NCBI GenBank assembly: GCA_964485195.1
Contig: CAZAIK010000004.1
Span: 1-33,672 of the forward strand
Direction of reading: 5' to 3'
DNA length: 33,672 nucleotides
Source of the DNA: an uncultured Methanosarcinales archaeon
Lineage (GTDB): Archaea; Nanobdellota; Nanobdellia; Woesearchaeales; CAIVOO01
The position numbers were made by a program, and so were the translations under genes. Of this stretch, positions 1 to 7,396 are shown piece by piece. The notes beneath the pieces were generated by a model. The model did no database searches and was not told the origin of the DNA. It worked only from the letters and a program-made list of their open reading frames with translations. Each line of letters starts with the position of its first letter. Within the stretch, counting starts at the first letter, position 1.

Positions 1-36
1 GAAACATTTAAATACTATCAAATCCTATTGTTTGTT

Positions 37-387
37 ATGAGGACTGTTCAGTTTAACATCAGGGTTCCGGAAAAGCTGCTGAGCGAGCTGGATGTCATCT
101 CCAGGATGTACAATGTTGACAGGAATGACTGGATCAGGGCTGCAATGTCAGAGGCGGTTTCAGAAAAGGCAGCCTCCATCAGGAAGAAAATGAGGCACAA
201 CTTCATCTACGGCTACTGCACAGAGGAGGAGTACAAGAAAGTGCTTGGGGAGAAGGACCTGGCAGGGATGAAAAAAATGAAGGAAAAGCTGCAGCCGTCC
301 CTGAAGTATGTTGAGTTCGCCCTTGAAAAGCTGAAGAGTCTGGATTCCAGGGCAAACGTTTATAAAGAACTGGCAAAATTTAAATAA
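37..387 (+). CDS. Ribbon-helix-helix (CopG-like) DNA-binding protein, possible antitoxin/regulator
   Basis: N-terminus MRTVQFNIRVPEKLLSELDVISRMYNVDRNDWIRAAMSEAV fits the RHH beta-alpha-alpha pattern. ATG at 37 is preferred over TTG 28. TATA-like TTTAAATA at 7-14. Confidence 0.7.
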   Translation: MRTVQFNIRVPEKLLSELDVISRMYNVDRNDWIRAAMSEAVSEKAASIRKKMRHNFIYGYCTEEEYKKVLGEKDLAGMKKMKEKLQPSLKYVEFALEKLKSLDSRANVYKELAKFK

Positions 388-417
388 AACATAATTACCT
401 GAAATCCAGGAGGATTT

Positions 418-768
418 ATGGCAGCAACGCAGAAGTTTTTTTATGATGAGTTATCAGACAGTTTAATGATAACCACAAGGGCGAAAAATGACAAGGTACA
501 GGGAAGTATAGCAATTGGGGATCTTATTCTGGACATTAATCAAAAGAAAAAAATAATTGGTGTTGAAATTGAAAACTTTTCTGAATTTCACAGGCGAATC
601 ACTGGCAGGCAGATGGGAAAAATAGAAAACGCAATTTTATCGCTTAATGAGATTGGTAACGGCTTTGAATTAATCATATCAATAAAAATGCATTCAATAA
701 AAGAGCCTCAGAGAATGGCGGTTCTTGTAAGCCAGGAAGATTGTAGAAAAATAAATGCGACAGCTTAA
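418..768 (+). CDS. DUF2283-family protein (putative antitoxin)
   Basis: YDELSDSLMI...GDLILDINQKKKIIGVEI matches the DUF2283 pattern YDxxxDxLYI...LDxDxxGxxxGIEI. AGGAGG SD precedes the ATG. Confidence 0.8.
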   Translation: MAATQKFFYDELSDSLMITTRAKNDKVQGSIAIGDLILDINQKKKIIGVEIENFSEFHRRITGRQMGKIENAILSLNEIGNGFELIISIKMHSIKEPQRMAVLVSQEDCRKINATA

Positions 769-1108
769 GCTTTCTCTTTTACCATCCCCCTCCATCCCCT
801 GGGCCTCAGGGTTATATGATTTATTAACAGCTTGTTCTCCAGAAAAATAAAGCCAAGGTCCAGCGTCTCATTAGCGGAAAGCTCATAATAAAATCTCAAT
901 CCGAGCTTCCCTTTGATTGACTTTTTTTCAACTATCCTGACAAGGCTGAACCGCTTCCAATTCTTGTTTACAAGGTTCATAGGAATATCCTTGCGCGCCT
1001 GTTAAAATGAAAATAGGGGGAAAACTTAAAACCATTTTTTGCAATATGGGATTTGACCATCTCAACAAAACCATTGACGTCCTTTTGAGAAGTGAACTGT
1101 TCCTTCAC
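765..1108 (-). pseudogene. Split/frameshifted small protein, loosely DUF4258/RelE-like toxin candidate
   Basis: GAGGTG SD (1115-1120) and GTG at 1108 open a 43-aa ORF ending at 977. The 765-980 ORF lies in the -1 frame. One added base near 1002-1005 would fuse them (…FSPYFHF[K]QARKDIPMNLVNKNWKRF…). Confidence 0.4.
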
Positions 1109-1208
1109 AAGCAGCACCTCTCGACAAAGTCAATCGCGGAAAGTCTGACTGAATTTCGCCTTTTCTTGCCTGTGTGTTTGCACATCTTCTAAACCTCTTT
1201 TTCACCCT

Positions 1209-2177
1209 TCAAATGAATGATGGATCTCTTCCGCGTTTAAAAGTCTTCTTGAGGAAAACAGCCATTTGTTTGTACTTTCCAATCGCCATTTTCATGTGCC
1301 TGTCTATTTCGTCTGCCAGGTCAGGATGCTTCTGCTTCTGCCATTCCTCCCAGAGGATTTCGCATAACAGGGCCACTTTCATGAAAACAAGCAACGCCTT
1401 TTTTTCTTCAAGATTCAGCTTTATCCGCTTTTGATAATGTTTCATAAACAATGAGATTTTATCTTTTTTAACCTTGTTTGGTCTAATAAAAATATCCTTC
1501 AACAATATTGCGATGTCATGCACAAGGAAATCTTTATGGGCATCCCCCCAGTCCAGAAAGACCTTTAGTTTGTTCCTCTCCACGAGAAAATTCATGTCGC
1601 TAAGGTCTGAGTGAATTATGCTCTTTTTTAGTTTTTTGTAATCAATGTCCTTTAGCTCTTTATTTGTTTTTTTGCATTGCTCAACCAAATACTTTGTTGG
1701 CCTGAACTTGTATTTCTTGAGCGAGAAATCAATCGCCTCGTCTGCCTTTGGAAAGTCCTCCCTTCCTCTGAGCTTTAATCTCAAGAGTTTTTTGTGCATA
1801 AACCCCATATTTTCTGCGAGGTCCTTAACCAGCTCTTCCGGGAATTTCTTGGGGTGGGTTCCTGGAACAAATTTATAAACAGTAACGGGCTTGTTCTTTA
1901 CCATCAGGATGTCCTTTCCTTTCTTGGTGAAAATAACTTTTGGGACTTTGACGCCTTCTTTATTCAAGAATTCTTCAATATTCAGCTGGTATCTTACTGA
2001 TTCCTCGTCATCCTGCTCAAATACCTTGACAACAAACCTGCCTTTGGTTGTCCTGAGAATGTAATTAGTGTTTCCCAAGGCGTATTCAACGTGCTTGTGG
2101 AACAGGTAATCCCCAATATTGTAATGTTTAAGCAATGCTAAGAAGTCCTTTTTTGTAAGTCTTGTTAAAACAGTCAT
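1209..2177 (-). CDS. thrB: Homoserine kinase type II / APH-family phosphotransferase
   Basis: MTVLTRL start, NTNYIL, IIHSDLSDMNFL (Brenner HxDxxxxN) and FLDWGD motifs. The ORF-track start at 2204 lies inside the tRNA, so ATG 2177 is used. Substrate uncertain. Confidence 0.7.
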   Translation of the reverse strand: MTVLTRLTKKDFLALLKHYNIGDYLFHKHVEYALGNTNYILRTTKGRFVVKVFEQDDEESVRYQLNIEEFLNKEGVKVPKVIFTKKGKDILMVKNKPVTVYKFVPGTHPKKFPEELVKDLAENMGFMHKKLLRLKLRGREDFPKADEAIDFSLKKYKFRPTKYLVEQCKKTNKELKDIDYKKLKKSIIHSDLSDMNFLVERNKLKVFLDWGDAHKDFLVHDIAILLKDIFIRPNKVKKDKISLFMKHYQKRIKLNLEEKKALLVFMKVALLCEILWEEWQKQKHPDLADEIDRHMKMAIGKYKQMAVFLKKTFKRGRDPSFI

Positions 2178-2183
2178 TAGGAC

Positions 2184-2329
2184 TGCCCCGGCCGGGATTT
2201 TCATTCTTGCGATTTTGAACCCGAGTCCTCGCCTTGCTTCCTGCCTTCCGGCAGCCGAAAGGGCAAGATGATTGGCTTTGTCTCAGGAGAGCAAGAAAAC
2301 TCTGCCTGATCGGACTACACCACCGGGGC
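2184..2329 (-). tRNA. tRNA-Glu(TTC) with three introns (D-loop 2277-2310; canonical 37/38 2235-2255; T-loop 59/60 2198-2213)
   Basis: Removing 34, 21 and 16 nt gives a 75-nt cloverleaf GCCCCGGTGGTGTAGTCCGGCCAATCATCTTGCCCTTTCGAGGCGAGGACTCGGGTTCAAATCCCGGCCGGGGCA. Anticodon at 2259-2257. Each junction pair folds as a BHB or BHB-like motif. Confidence 0.92.
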
Positions 2330-2353
2330 ATAAGAAGAGAGGAAAGCATTGCA

Positions 2354-2368
2354 TTTTTAAAGGTTTTC
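2354..2368 (-). promoter_or_regulatory. BRE/TATA promoter for tRNA-Glu (and possibly thrB)
   Basis: Minus strand reads GAAAACCTTTAAAAA about 25 nt upstream of the tRNA 5' end. Confidence 0.6.
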
Positions 2369-2404
2369 ATCAGGTTTAAATAAAGACCTTTTTTTATGTC
2401 ATAA

Positions 2405-2908
2405 ATGAGAAGGAAGGTTGTTGTCAATGACTTGATGCAGAAGAGCTATGTCTATTACCTCACTGAGCCCAAGGGGAAAAACTTTCACAGGGATTTCAGG
2501 CCAGAGCTGAAGCCGAAACAGATGCTTGAGCTGGGAGTTTTCGGAGGAAAGTATATGACCGACTGCAAGAGGGAGTTTCCAAAGTCCTGGTTTGAGAAAG
2601 CAAAATTATGCCACGAGAAACACGACCCCAAACTTAATTTTTTCAAGGTGAATGCCTCGCAGCCGCTGTCTGCCTGGAGAAAGAAAGGCTGGATTTACAG
2701 GGAAGACCCCAGGGGCTGGTTCCAGTGGTACTGCCGGTATTATGTGGGGCGCCGCTGCCAGGATGATGAAATGCAGATAAAGCGGTGGAAGGCGATAAAG
2801 AGGCACATTGCGCAGATAAGGAAGAACTGCAAAAAAAGGGATTTCAAGTGCAGGCCAAGGCAAAGGCAGGCAGTTCTGCACTGGGCTTATGACTCAAGGA
2901 AGGTCTGA
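2405..2908 (+). CDS. Conserved protein of unknown function
   Basis: Conserved-looking motifs MLELGVFGGKYMTDC, DPRGWFQWYCRYY and RPRQRQAVLHWAYD. Confidence 0.75.
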   Translation: MRRKVVVNDLMQKSYVYYLTEPKGKNFHRDFRPELKPKQMLELGVFGGKYMTDCKREFPKSWFEKAKLCHEKHDPKLNFFKVNASQPLSAWRKKGWIYREDPRGWFQWYCRYYVGRRCQDDEMQIKRWKAIKRHIAQIRKNCKKRDFKCRPRQRQAVLHWAYDSRKV

Positions 2909-3328
2909 TCATTCAACAGGTATCTGTATCTCTGTTGTTGAGCTGTCAAGATAAATTTCCCTGACAGGGCCGTTAACCTTGTGCTTGTTCTCATCAATCC
3001 ATTTGAAAATCTCTTCAAAGCTTTTGCCCAGCTCGTCAAATGAGCCCTTGTGGATTATGGAGGCGGCTTTTGCTCTGCCTAACCTTTTTGTTTCAACACC
3101 CTCAACTTCCGTGTTTTCCTGAACAGGAATGCACACTTCATAATGAACATTTTCCCTGCCCACCTCGTCAGGATTGTCGTAGAAAATGCCGATGGTGGGC
3201 CCATCAGGCTCAACATTGTCCCTGCTCAAGGCGGATTTTAATTCCGCTTCATCATTGTCAAAATCATCAAGCCCCTTTCCGCTCTTTACAGCCACAAAAG
3301 CTTTTTCCGTGTTTTTCAGCTCAACCAT
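2909..3328 (-). CDS. GyrI-like small-molecule-binding domain protein
   Basis: GIFYDNP, YEVCIPV, HKGSFDEL, GPVREIYL and TEIQIPV are typical of GyrI-like/effector-binding domains. Confidence 0.85.
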   Translation of the reverse strand: MVELKNTEKAFVAVKSGKGLDDFDNDEAELKSALSRDNVEPDGPTIGIFYDNPDEVGRENVHYEVCIPVQENTEVEGVETKRLGRAKAASIIHKGSFDELGKSFEEIFKWIDENKHKVNGPVREIYLDSSTTEIQIPVE

Positions 3329-3669
3329 TAATTCACCCCGTAATATCCCCTCAAGGATTTTTCAAAAGCCTTCTTGTCAGTATCGCTTAATGAATGGTAT
3401 CTTCTTGGCACTCTTGTGCTGCCAGGCCCCGGGTCGTTCAAATCCTCAGGCGGCTTGAAGGTAATGCCTTCAAGAATGGCGTCAAGCCAGGTAGCTGCAT
3501 TTGAGCGCACGCACCGGAGGAAATCATCACTGATTTTCCTGCCCATTTTTTTGGGATTTTTGTAGAAATTTTCCTGTCCTGTGACAGGATCGTAAACGCA
3601 AAAGGCAAATCTTGATGAATCAGGATGGATGCATTCCGCCCTTCCCACGAATACCCTGCCGCCTTTCAT
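3328..3669 (-). CDS. Hypothetical protein
   Basis: Stop overlaps the GyrI-like start. ATG 3669 chosen because the longer ORF overlaps the divergent gene at 3768. Confidence 0.5.
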   Translation of the reverse strand: MKGGRVFVGRAECIHPDSSRFAFCVYDPVTGQENFYKNPKKMGRKISDDFLRCVRSNAATWLDAILEGITFKPPEDLNDPGPGSTRVPRRYHSLSDTDKKAFEKSLRGYYGVN

Positions 3670-3767
3670 AGGCAAATGGAATATTGTTAGCATAAAAACA
3701 TTGCGCAGCCAAAACAATAAATTTTTAAATAGCAACTCTATCTTTCCTGGAAAAGGAGGCGAAAAAT

Positions 3768-4151
3768 ATGAGAGTTTTTTTGGAGAATGTTCCTGAGCGC
3801 TATGCATTTCTTTTGAAAGACGGCAATAGGCTTCTGAATGTTGAGGAATTAGCCAAGGCCCTGAAAAAGATGGAGCACGATGTTTTTTACCATCACGTTT
3901 CTGAAGAGAGGAATGACTTTCACAACTGGATAAGGGACATAGTTCTGGATTTGGAGCTGGCGGAGAAACTGCTTAATGCAAAAAATCCCGAAGAGGCAAG
4001 GAAGATATTAGACAGGAGGATTGAATTCATCAAGTCGCAGACAAGGCCTGCAAGAAAATCCCCTGCCAGGAAGAAAAAAACTGCAAAAAAGAAAACCGCC
4101 AAAAAAACAAAGAAAAAGCAGGCCAAGAAAACAAAAAAGAGGAAAAAATGA
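3768..4151 (+). CDS. DUF5752-like protein with Lys/Ala-rich histone-H1-like C-terminal tail
   Basis: FYHHVSEERNDFHNWIRDIVLDLELAEKL core, with tail RKSPARKKKTAKKKTAKKTKKKQAKKTKKRKK. AGGAGG SD. Confidence 0.7.
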   Translation: MRVFLENVPERYAFLLKDGNRLLNVEELAKALKKMEHDVFYHHVSEERNDFHNWIRDIVLDLELAEKLLNAKNPEEARKILDRRIEFIKSQTRPARKSPARKKKTAKKKTAKKTKKKQAKKTKKRKK

Positions 4152-4528
4152 AACGATTGAAGAATGTTCCTTCGGACAAGGCATTTCACGTTTACGGAGG
4201 GGGGGTTATACACAACATTTACCAGCTGGCAGACGCCCTTTCCTCACTGTCTGAAAAGTCTTTCAGGCATCACATTTCCCAGGGCAGGAATGACTTTGCA
4301 ACCTGGGTTAAAGACGTGCTGGAGGACGGAAAGCTGGCTTCCAGCCTGTCCTCTTCAAAATCCAAAAGCTCAATGGCAAGGGCTGTCAAGAAAAGGATTG
4401 ACGAGCTGGAGCACGAGCATATGCCTGCCCACGCTTCCCTGAACATTCTCAAGAGCGGCCTGGTGGATTTCACAGTGGGCTTGATAGTGGGGATAATAAT
4501 AGGGCTAATCCTGGCATCTTTTATCTAG
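4148..4528 (+). CDS. DUF5752-like paralog with C-terminal transmembrane anchor
   Basis: FRHHISQGRNDFATWVKDVLEDGKLA aligns with the upstream paralog. Hydrophobic end FTVGLIVGIIIGLILASFI. ATGA overlap with upstream gene. Confidence 0.7.
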   Translation: MKRLKNVPSDKAFHVYGGGVIHNIYQLADALSSLSEKSFRHHISQGRNDFATWVKDVLEDGKLASSLSSSKSKSSMARAVKKRIDELEHEHMPAHASLNILKSGLVDFTVGLIVGIIIGLILASFI

Positions 4529-4613
4529 CCATATATTAAGTATATAGGGTATATACAAAACACTTAAAAGCTGAACTTCTGAAACGCCAGAAAACTTACG
4601 GAGGTGTATGTTA

Positions 4614-4745
4614 ATGGATACATACAAGCTATACAACGAGGATTTTGATGATGAGGAAATAGACCTGCCTGAAGAGGACAAGGAAGACGATTCTTATGAT
4701 TTTGATGATGATGAGGATGAGGAGGAAGTGGCCGACCTTTTCTAA
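4614..4745 (+). CDS. Hyperacidic 43-aa microprotein (not in ORF track)
   Basis: MDTYKLYNEDFDDEEIDLPEEDKEDDSYDFDDDEDEEEVADLF. Strong SD GGAGGTG at 4600-4606. Fills the intergenic gap cleanly. Confidence 0.7.
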   Translation: MDTYKLYNEDFDDEEIDLPEEDKEDDSYDFDDDEDEEEVADLF

Positions 4746-4779
4746 ATCTTTTTAAATAAAATTCTTTTTGTTTTGTCTT

Positions 4780-5706
4780 ATGCTCATAAAGAAGAAGCAG
4801 GAACCTGCTTCAGGCAAAAAGCCCGAGGAGAGGACTGCGCAGGAACTTTTGGATTACGGCATTGCGGTGATAGACAAGCCCAAGGGGCCGACAACTCACC
4901 AGGTTGCAGACTATGTGAAAAGGATACTGCACATCAAAAAATGCGGGCATTCCGGCAGCCTGGACCCGGGAGTTACAGGGGTTGTTGTTATCGGACTGGG
5001 AAAATCAACAAAGATAGTGCACAACCTCCTCGCAGCAGGGAAGGAATATGTGGGCATAATGCATTTGCACAAGCTTGTTGAAAAAGACAAAATCAGGAAA
5101 GTCATGGAATCATTCATAGGGGAGATAAGGCAGATGCCTCCGGTCAAAAGCTCAGTGAGGAGAAGGGAGAGGACAAGAAAAATCTATGATATGAAAATTC
5201 TGGAGACAGAAAAGCAGGATATTCTTTTCACGGTCAAGTGCCAGGCAGGCACTTACATAAGAAAGCTGTGCCACGACATCGGAAAAAAACTGGGAGTGGG
5301 GGCGCACATGGCTGAATTGAGGAGAACGAAGGTGGGGCATATTGACGAAAGCCTTGCGGTTTCCCTGCAGGACCTTGCTGACGCTTACGCCTTCTGGAAG
5401 GAGGGGGATGAAATTGAAATAAGAAAAACAATCCTGCCAGTGGAAAGGGCAATAGAGCACCTTCCAAAAATTTATGTTCTTGATTCAACAGCAGAGTCAT
5501 TGACGCACGGGGCAACATTGAATGTTCCGGGCATTTCCAAGCTCCACGAGGGGATTGAAAAAGAAGACAAGGTGGCAGTGATGACTCTAAAAGGAGAACT
5601 GATAATGACAGGCATTGCGCAGATGAGCTCTGGGGAAATAATGGAAAAGGAAAAGGGAATCGCTGTGAAGCCGGAAAGGGTGTTTATGGATTTCAATCCA
5701 CAGTAA
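4780..5706 (+). CDS. cbf5: H/ACA RNA-guided pseudouridine synthase Cbf5 (TruB family)
   Basis: IDKPKGPT, GHSGSLDP (catalytic Asp), QMPPVKSSV, CQAGTYIRKLCHDIG and GAHMAELRR motifs, plus a C-terminal PUA domain. Confidence 0.95.
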   Translation: MLIKKKQEPASGKKPEERTAQELLDYGIAVIDKPKGPTTHQVADYVKRILHIKKCGHSGSLDPGVTGVVVIGLGKSTKIVHNLLAAGKEYVGIMHLHKLVEKDKIRKVMESFIGEIRQMPPVKSSVRRRERTRKIYDMKILETEKQDILFTVKCQAGTYIRKLCHDIGKKLGVGAHMAELRRTKVGHIDESLAVSLQDLADAYAFWKEGDEIEIRKTILPVERAIEHLPKIYVLDSTAESLTHGATLNVPGISKLHEGIEKEDKVAVMTLKGELIMTGIAQMSSGEIMEKEKGIAVKPERVFMDFNPQ

Positions 5707-5737
5707 ACAGTTCTGAATCCTTGTCAACGTCAAACAA
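5693..5737 (-). pseudogene. Orphan duplicate of the DUF357 gene 3' end (LFDVDKDSELFTVD*)
   Basis: Translation matches the DUF357 C-terminus LFDVGNDSKLFTVD* at 11/14 residues, with many synonymous differences. Confidence 0.8.
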
Positions 5738-5831
5738 AAGCGTTTGGGGAGGATATTCATTTGATGTTGGCGTTACTATTAAACATTTTAGTCAACCGTG
5801 AATAACTTTGAGTCGTTACCAACATCAAACA
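5725..5831. repeat. att-like repeat set: direct repeat CAAC(G/A)TCAAACA (5725-5736, 5820-5831) plus inverted copy TTTGATGTTGG (5760-5770)
   Basis: 11/12 direct-repeat identity at 95-bp spacing. 5760-5770 is the exact reverse complement of 5819-5829. Confidence 0.7.
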
Positions 5832-6075
5832 GCCCCAGCCTTGCCCCGGCGTCAAGCCATCCGTGGGCGTAGTTAAGGGCGGCAAACGCTGTCACTGCAT
5901 CCCCTTTTTCCTGGAAGTGCCTTGCATCCTCAAAATACCTTTTTGCCATGTCAAGGAAGTCATTTGCAGCGTCCTCAAAACATACCTTGCCTTCCTTTAC
6001 AATCTTGACTTTTGCCAGGGCCCTCTCAGTAACAGAGAAGTATTTTTCCAGTTTCTCATCTGTTATTCTGTTCAT
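5788..6075 (-). CDS. DUF357-family protein
   Basis: MAKRYFEDARHF...AFAALNYAHGWLDAGARLGLF signature. Confidence 0.9.
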   Translation of the reverse strand: MNRITDEKLEKYFSVTERALAKVKIVKEGKVCFEDAANDFLDMAKRYFEDARHFQEKGDAVTAFAALNYAHGWLDAGARLGLFDVGNDSKLFTVD

Positions 6076-6498
6076 CTAATCTCTTGTCCCTTCAAACAAT
6101 TCAATTGCAGCTTCATAAAAGCCGATCTGCTCATTGTTGAGTCTCATCAGCCATTCCAAATCCTTGAATTTCATTTTCACTTCAAAGCATTTATTATGGA
6201 TTTCCGGATGAAGAGGAGAACTAACAGGGGTTTTTTGATCCTCCTTTTCTGCCCATCTGCAAAGCTTTTCTGCATAAGGCTTTAATTCTGTTGCTTGTGC
6301 CAATAGCTCCTGTTTCCCGGATATTACGCATTGGTAATACGAGACAATCTTATCTATCTTCTCCTCTTTTGTCTCTCCTCCAAACTGTAACTCTGGCCTT
6401 TCCCTTGATATTCTGCAGTATTCATCTATTGTAACCATAGTTCTTTCTATTAAACCCATCATTTCCTTGTATTCAGCACTGGAATCTTCACCTGCCAT
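6076..6498 (-). CDS. Hypothetical helical protein
   Basis: Abuts the DUF357 start. ATG 6498 lies about 30 nt downstream of a TATA-like element. Confidence 0.55.
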   Translation of the reverse strand: MAGEDSSAEYKEMMGLIERTMVTIDEYCRISRERPELQFGGETKEEKIDKIVSYYQCVISGKQELLAQATELKPYAEKLCRWAEKEDQKTPVSSPLHPEIHNKCFEVKMKFKDLEWLMRLNNEQIGFYEAAIELFEGTRD

Positions 6499-6588
6499 TT
6501 TACTTCTGATTAATGACAACCAGTATAAATACATTTCGTAAATATATTAAATAACTTTTATAAACAATATTGCCTTAACTAGGGAAAA

Positions 6589-7041
6589 ATGGCGAGATTT
6601 CCAGTAGGGGCTGTCGCCCTGGCGGCAATAGTAATCCTGTGCTTCTTTTTCCTGTTCCTTCTCCCGCAGGGGTTAACAGACATTACTTCAAGAAGCGTCA
6701 TAGATGACGGGATAACTTTCAAGAGCTATTACCCTTCTGACAAGGTTGAGATTGTGGGAAGCTGCTACCCTGTAAAACTTCAGGTGGAATACTATGTGAA
6801 GTGCTCGCTATGCAACAGCAAGGACGTGAGGGAATACTTCTGGTTCAGGAAGGCAGGCAATCCTGAATTCAGGTTTCTGAAAGGCGAGAGGAAACTGATG
6901 AAGCCATCGCAGGTTTACACTGCTGAAATGGAAGTTGAGGTTTGCGCAGGCAATTCCTATGAGTGGTATTTCTGCCTTGACGACGGAGAGCTGAAATGCG
7001 CTGGCAGGAGAAAGCATTTCAGGTTTGCGGCATTTACATAA
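6589..7041 (+). CDS. Membrane-anchored Cys-containing hypothetical protein
   Basis: N-terminal hydrophobic helix, beta-rich remainder with CSLC and further Cys. Confidence 0.6.
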   Translation: MARFPVGAVALAAIVILCFFFLFLLPQGLTDITSRSVIDDGITFKSYYPSDKVEIVGSCYPVKLQVEYYVKCSLCNSKDVREYFWFRKAGNPEFRFLKGERKLMKPSQVYTAEMEVEVCAGNSYEWYFCLDDGELKCAGRRKHFRFAAFT

Positions 7042-7076
7042 ATTTTTTATACCCCTCCTGTTTACCCTGTTCCTTG

Positions 7077-7396
7077 ATGAGAACTCTTCGCGCAGGGAAA
7101 AAAAGCCTGGATGAAAAGCCGGAGCTAAGCGGGGACTCAATTCTTGAAGCTTGCAGGCTAAAGCTAAGGCTGGAGAGCGAGGGCAGGACAGGGAAGGTTT
7201 TTTTCGTGCCTTTTTTTATGATTCCTTGGGCAAGAAATTTTCAGTGAACCACGCCTATCTTGTTCTTTTTCCAGAAGATTCAAAGGCATTGGCCCTTAAT
7301 GCCAGGGACAACAAATATTACAGATGCCCGCAGCTGACAGTAAGCCAGGTTATGGAATATGCAGACAACAGGCACCTGTCAATAAAGTGGGACTAA
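7077..7396 (+). pseudogene. Hypothetical protein split by a -1 frameshift at T7 runs
   Basis: ATG 7077 frame stops at 7247, and the -1 frame continues to 7396. T7 tracts at 7198-7204 and 7211-7217 lie in the overlap. Confidence 0.5.

Noticed and set aside
2128..2427. 99-aa minus ORF and the N-terminal extension of thrB to 2204
   Set aside because: Both run through the intron-containing tRNA-Glu and its promoter.
3920..4213. Phe-rich minus ORF resembling a membrane protein
   Set aside because: Antisense shadow of the Lys-rich tail codons of 3768-4151.
4641..4730. GAT/GAG-rich low-complexity stretch as a tandem repeat or array
   Set aside because: Explained by Asp/Glu codons of the acidic microprotein.
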